Virus record (IMG/VR): IMGVR_UViG_3300025707_000484 | Reading direction: 5' to 3' (one strand) | From: a virus | Taxonomy: Duplodnaviria; Caudoviricetes | Length of the DNA: 64,000 nucleotides | Shown here: one piece after another, positions 59,773-64,000 of the stretch | Layout of the letters: each line of letters opens with the position of its first letter | Numbering within the stretch: position 1 is the first letter of the stretch | The notes under the pieces: generated by a model | Database searches by the model: none | Seen by the model: the letters and a program-made list of their open reading frames with translations, nothing else | What the model was told of the DNA's origin: nothing | Position numbers and translations under genes: made by a program

Positions 59773-61830
59773 TTAACTACGAAGTTGCCTGGCTCTGCTT
59801 ACACGATCCAATGATTCATTTGATCGGCGATTTTTACGTTGTTGTTTCTTCAATGCCATCATTCTATCTTCTAATTCTTTATATCGTTCACGTGTAATAC
59901 CAGGTGTTTTCATTTCATCTTGTACTCTGTTTAATTCAGAATTGAGTTGAGCAGAAGTTAAATCGCCTACCGGAACATGAGAATAATCAATATCTGGACC
60001 CTTGCCTCCAAATGGCTCTAATGGGTTATCCGTTGCTTCGGGCCCAGTTCTAGGGCGATACCATCCATATACATCATCCATTTTTTCCATATACTCTCGT
60101 TGCTGTCGATCAAGAATTCGTATTATTCTCTTAAGATTTCTTGATTGTCGTATACGTTCTTCTCGTTTATTGGGATCACCAATTCGAGCAAGATTATCAA
60201 GTTCTTGAACTTCGTCTATCAATCTGTTTAATTCTGTTCCTAAACCATGATCTTGTGGATTCCTTCCTAACGCATATCCTGAACCATCTTTACTCCAATA
60301 AGCATAACTACCTTGTAAAACACCTTCAACTTCCCCTGGTTCTACTTCATCGCCAGTATCAGCTCTGGCCGCTACTGATGCAAAAAGTCCACCTAAGCCT
60401 AAAGTTGCAGCTGTGGCTTTAATGGTGGCCGCACTTAATCCAACACTTAATCCGCCTGCAACCATTGGGAACCATGCTGGAGCTGTTATAATTCCTGCCA
60501 AAATTGCTCCCATTAAAGCAATTGTTCCGGCGTTATTTCCAAGAGTTTCTATCGCTTTCACCCACGCTGTATCATCACCTTGCTGTAAACGATAACCTAA
60601 CTCAGTAAGAGTTCCAGTTTGTACATTTACTATTCCGGCTGTTGTCATAGTGGAATTTAATGCGGCTAATTGCTCACGGGCCCGAGCTGCAATAACTTGA
60701 TTATCATGTTCTGTTGCTTTGTTTGTAATAGGCTTACCAGGTTTAACAACAAATCCACCATTAATAATATCTTGGCCGTTTTTGTCTGCGTCGGCTGTTG
60801 TTTTAGTTATATAGTCTTGCTTACCTGTATCCGTGGCGCCTGCTTCTGCGCCTGTTGCTTTTGGTGGTTCTTCGTAATCAAACTTCCAATTACCGTCTTT
60901 GTCATAGCCACCAGGTGGTACATATTCACCATCAGCGCGTAAGGCGGGGCCGTCGGCATCAGAATGCCATTTACCATCTGGACCAATACCACCAGGCGGA
61001 ACAAATTCTTCACCTGAACCACCTGGGCGAGTCTCAACCCAAGCATCTAATGCGGCTTGAATATCTGCTCGAGTTAAACCGCCTGTGTCCATTTGATCAA
61101 GTATTTTTTGTGCCGCTGGTCGTAAATTAGTTGGTATACCATAATCTTCAACCTTTTGACTTATACCTGTTTGTGGTATTGCTTCAGCAGCTGATCCAAG
61201 ATCTATATTAAGTGGACCTACTGGATCTTCAGTTTCTGATGGAGTTACCAGTGCTTGTGTAACTGGTGCGGTGTAGTCAACTACTGGATCTTCAGTTTCT
61301 GATGGAGTTACCAGTGCTTGTGTAACTGGTGCGGTGTAGTCAACTACTGGATCTTCAGTTTCTGATGGAGTTACCAGTGCTTGTGTAACTGGTGCGGTGT
61401 AGTCAACTACTGGATCTTCAGTTTCTGATGGAGTTACCAGTGCTTGTGTAACTGGTGCGGTGTAGTCAACTACTGGATCTTCATTTGGTACTACTGCACC
61501 CGGAACTCCTACGGGTGGTGCCGCATAACCAGGTGTACCTGCCGCTGTTGCTACGCCTGAACCTTGCCCTGCTCCCTGACTGGCTGGAACATCAATCTTT
61601 ATCTTATTTGGACTTGTATGTGGGTCTAAATTGTTGGTGCTTGGGACTGGGGCGGCTGTCACAGCTGTGACATTACCACTAGAACTACTACCATCAGGCT
61701 CAACACCACGAAATAAATTACCTGAGCGGCCGCCAATGATACCTACATCTTGTCCAACTCTAGTATCAGTGCCAGATCTATAACTTCCTCCTCGATAAGT
61801 GCCGTCGTCGACAATTTCACTGAGGCGCAC
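59773..61830 (-). CDS. Repeat-containing protein with a hydrophobic segment (putative ejected protein)
   Basis: 685 aa; begins MRLSEIV; 21-aa repeats; Gly/Ala hydrophobic stretch. Confidence 0.75.
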   Translation of the reverse strand: MRLSEIVDDGTYRGGSYRSGTDTRVGQDVGIIGGRSGNLFRGVEPDGSSSSGNVTAVTAAPVPSTNNLDPHTSPNKIKIDVPASQGAGQGSGVATAAGTPGYAAPPVGVPGAVVPNEDPVVDYTAPVTQALVTPSETEDPVVDYTAPVTQALVTPSETEDPVVDYTAPVTQALVTPSETEDPVVDYTAPVTQALVTPSETEDPVGPLNIDLGSAAEAIPQTGISQKVEDYGIPTNLRPAAQKILDQMDTGGLTRADIQAALDAWVETRPGGSGEEFVPPGGIGPDGKWHSDADGPALRADGEYVPPGGYDKDGNWKFDYEEPPKATGAEAGATDTGKQDYITKTTADADKNGQDIINGGFVVKPGKPITNKATEHDNQVIAARAREQLAALNSTMTTAGIVNVQTGTLTELGYRLQQGDDTAWVKAIETLGNNAGTIALMGAILAGIITAPAWFPMVAGGLSVGLSAATIKATAATLGLGGLFASVAARADTGDEVEPGEVEGVLQGSYAYWSKDGSGYALGRNPQDHGLGTELNRLIDEVQELDNLARIGDPNKREERIRQSRNLKRIIRILDRQQREYMEKMDDVYGWYRPRTGPEATDNPLEPFGGKGPDIDYSHVPVGDLTSAQLNSELNRVQDEMKTPGITRERYKELEDRMMALKKQQRKNRRSNESLDRVSRARQLRS
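61218..61483 (-). repeat. Perfect 63-bp coding tandem repeat, about 4.2 copies
   Basis: Unit encodes EDPVVDYTAPVTQALVTPSET. Confidence 0.95.
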
Positions 61831-63205
61831 GTAAACTTTCTTCCAATTTGTTTACAATGCTGTCTGCCCACTCGTCAACTAGTTGTGCTTCGTCAACAAA
61901 CTCATTGTCTTCAACTTGGAAGTGTCGTACACGCTCTGCATACTCTGCATCTTCAGCAATGCGTCCTAAATCACTTACATATTTTTTAGCCAATTGAACT
62001 GCTAACGCACTTTCTTCTGACTCTGTAAGTTCTTTGTTAAGGTGTGCTTGTGCAAACTCTTTAATGATATTATTATCTACAATACGTGTATTAATATCTT
62101 CCAACGCCGCTTGTACTAAACCTCTTACATCTGAATGTTGTACTGACCGTGCTAACATATCACTATCAGGTGAACTTTCTAACATTAGATCACCACTATC
62201 AATAAACTCTCTAATTTGGTTTAGTGTATTTGCTTTATTTTCCATAGCAGTTTTGTAAATGCTGTTGATAAGTGGTAGGGATTCAAAAACATTATCATCA
62301 TGCTTCTTTACAGTAAATTGGTCTTTCATTGCGTCTAAGTCGTCTTCAGATAATGTTACTTCTATTGGCTCAAAGCCTTCAGCAAAGTTACTATAACCAC
62401 GACGTGAGGTCATTCTAGTTAAGTCTTGCCTAACATTGTTATACGCATCGCGTACACTTTCTACAATATCAACAGTATCCTCATTAACCAATTTATTTCG
62501 TTTACTGTAATTAATAAAATTCTTTAACTGTCCCATTTGGCCCACTGTGTTAGTAATATGTGCGCCAATATCATCATGTAGTTGCCCGCCTTCACTAACG
62601 TGCCTTGCGGCTGCTCTTGCGCCTAGTAAGTTTTTAAATGGTAAAAGCATACGTTCGCCGTCAGTATTTTCAATAAAAATTTTACTAATGTGTCTACTGC
62701 GTGAACCTCTAACGTCCTCATCTACAGGGCGTTTATGCCTTACAATAATTTTTGCTGTTTCGCCTAAATCTTGGTAACTGCTTTTAATGCTACCGTACAT
62801 TTTGCCTTCATTCATATCAGAATCCCTAAATTCTTGTTGTTGTGTACGTAAAAACTCAAAGTCTTTACGCTCTAGATTAGATTTTGTAATATCTCTTACG
62901 TCAAATGTCATTAATCGTCTTTTTGCAAACTGACGCATTTCACGTAAAAAACTAAACCATTGCTGTTTATTTTCACCCAAACTTTCTGTTAATTCTTTAC
63001 TGTAATATACTTTAAATTGGTCATCAACTAAACTAATAGTTACAGAACCAACATCTGCACCATTAGATTCAAATACAAAATCAAAAAAGCGAGCCTCTTC
63101 TGGTTCTAGTATTTTATTCGCACTAGCATCTCCAATTTGCAATGTTGGATATACTGATCTTAATTTATTAAATAAATCTTCTGCAATGCGTTCTATTTCT
63201 TTCAT
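61817..63205 (-). CDS. Hypothetical protein downstream of the terminase
   Basis: 462-aa ORF with a TATAAATA promoter. Confidence 0.75.
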   Translation of the reverse strand: MKEIERIAEDLFNKLRSVYPTLQIGDASANKILEPEEARFFDFVFESNGADVGSVTISLVDDQFKVYYSKELTESLGENKQQWFSFLREMRQFAKRRLMTFDVRDITKSNLERKDFEFLRTQQQEFRDSDMNEGKMYGSIKSSYQDLGETAKIIVRHKRPVDEDVRGSRSRHISKIFIENTDGERMLLPFKNLLGARAAARHVSEGGQLHDDIGAHITNTVGQMGQLKNFINYSKRNKLVNEDTVDIVESVRDAYNNVRQDLTRMTSRRGYSNFAEGFEPIEVTLSEDDLDAMKDQFTVKKHDDNVFESLPLINSIYKTAMENKANTLNQIREFIDSGDLMLESSPDSDMLARSVQHSDVRGLVQAALEDINTRIVDNNIIKEFAQAHLNKELTESEESALAVQLAKKYVSDLGRIAEDAEYAERVRHFQVEDNEFVDEAQLVDEWADSIVNKLEESLRAPQ

Positions 63206-63222
63206 AACGTATAGTATTTATA

Positions 63223-63999
63223 TTAAACTATTATAAAAGGCATTGGCATATCATGCTCTTGATCCATGCCATCTTTAAGTCTGTCAAATAACCCAGTATC
63301 CCATTGCCTTACTTCGTAGCTCATCCTTATAACCAATAATGTTGCGGCAACTAAATCATCTGTTTCACCATCTTTAGCGGCATAACTTTGGCCGCGAGCA
63401 ATATATGTCTTTAGTTCCGATATTAAATTCTTACTTCTTAACGTTATTTTATCTGTTTCTACAAGGTTTTTTAACCTACTACATGCTAATAATTTGTTTT
63501 TATGTGTGGTGTTAAACCCCTTCCTATAACGTTTCGTGTTGCCATGCTTGCGTGTTTCTGTTAAAAATACTCCACCAAATTGTTGTTCACCGAGATCATC
63601 AATAACTACAAGAGCCGCTTCACCTAATGTATTATTTTCTACACTATACCAAACAGCTGGCTGTGATTCATCTCTATGATCTATCTCATTTGTAATATAA
63701 TTAGTAATATCCCGCAGTATTCTCACTTGTCCTTGTACTGGTGTTTTATTATGCATCCATTCTGCAACTTGTTTCATAGTTGGTATTTCAAATACCTGGA
63801 TAGCGGCATTATCTCCACCTGTACCTAAACTTGGATCAAGTGACACCAAATAATTATGTCCTTTTTTAGGTTTATCAAACCACCTAACTTGTCCGTGTTT
63901 CTCTAAAACATCCGTTGGGCGCAACGCTGATAATGTCCTCGAATCTATCAATGTTTCATCATTAATAATAAATTCGCAATCATGTTCCCTAGCAAAACG
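63223..63999 (-). CDS. Terminase large subunit, C-terminal nuclease part (partial)
   Basis: RFAREHDCEF, SLDPSLGTGGD, SVENNTLG and DDLV motifs; frame open to the window edge. Confidence 0.92.
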   Translation of the reverse strand, partial: RFAREHDCEFIINDETLIDSRTLSALRPTDVLEKHGQVRWFDKPKKGHNYLVSLDPSLGTGGDNAAIQVFEIPTMKQVAEWMHNKTPVQGQVRILRDITNYITNEIDHRDESQPAVWYSVENNTLGEAALVVIDDLGEQQFGGVFLTETRKHGNTKRYRKGFNTTHKNKLLACSRLKNLVETDKITLRSKNLISELKTYIARGQSYAAKDGETDDLVAATLLVIRMSYEVRQWDTGLFDRLKDGMDQEHDMPMPFIIV

Positions 64000-64000
64000 T

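Noticed and set aside
61218-61483. Possible CRISPR array
   Set aside because: The units are contiguous, in frame and identical, with no unique spacers and no cas genes.
1-64000. Stop-codon recoding
   Set aside because: Core genes are full length in the standard code, and TAA, TGA and TAG all terminate genes.

Overview
This window is a 64-kb segment of a large, AT-rich T4-like (probably jumbo, aquatic) phage genome. It uses the standard genetic code, most genes lie on the minus strand, and the host is probably a proteobacterium. Core phage genes are a large terminase (partial), gp32 SSB, UvsX, UvsY, UvsW, gp41 helicase, gp61 primase, a miniature DnaE-like protein, a class II ribonucleotide reductase, a PAAR protein, a tail-fibre-like protein and a lytic transglycosylase. 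The left 12 kb is a translation and proteostasis island: a circularly permuted two-piece tmRNA whose spacer carries a small membrane-protein ORF, bL33, bS21, ClpS, DnaK and Hsp20 (the last two behind ROSE-like thermometers), and an ExbB/MotA-type three-gene motor module. It also holds a class II aaRS-like gene lacking its anticodon domain, followed directly by a non-canonical long-variable-arm tRNA(GUU). Features missed by the ORF track include a metallothionein-like peptide in the nrdJ-grx-CDF operon, many TAAATA late promoters placed to give leaderless mRNAs, and an AGGC-repeat leader motif shared by two genes. All calls come from motif recognition by eye; no database searches were run.
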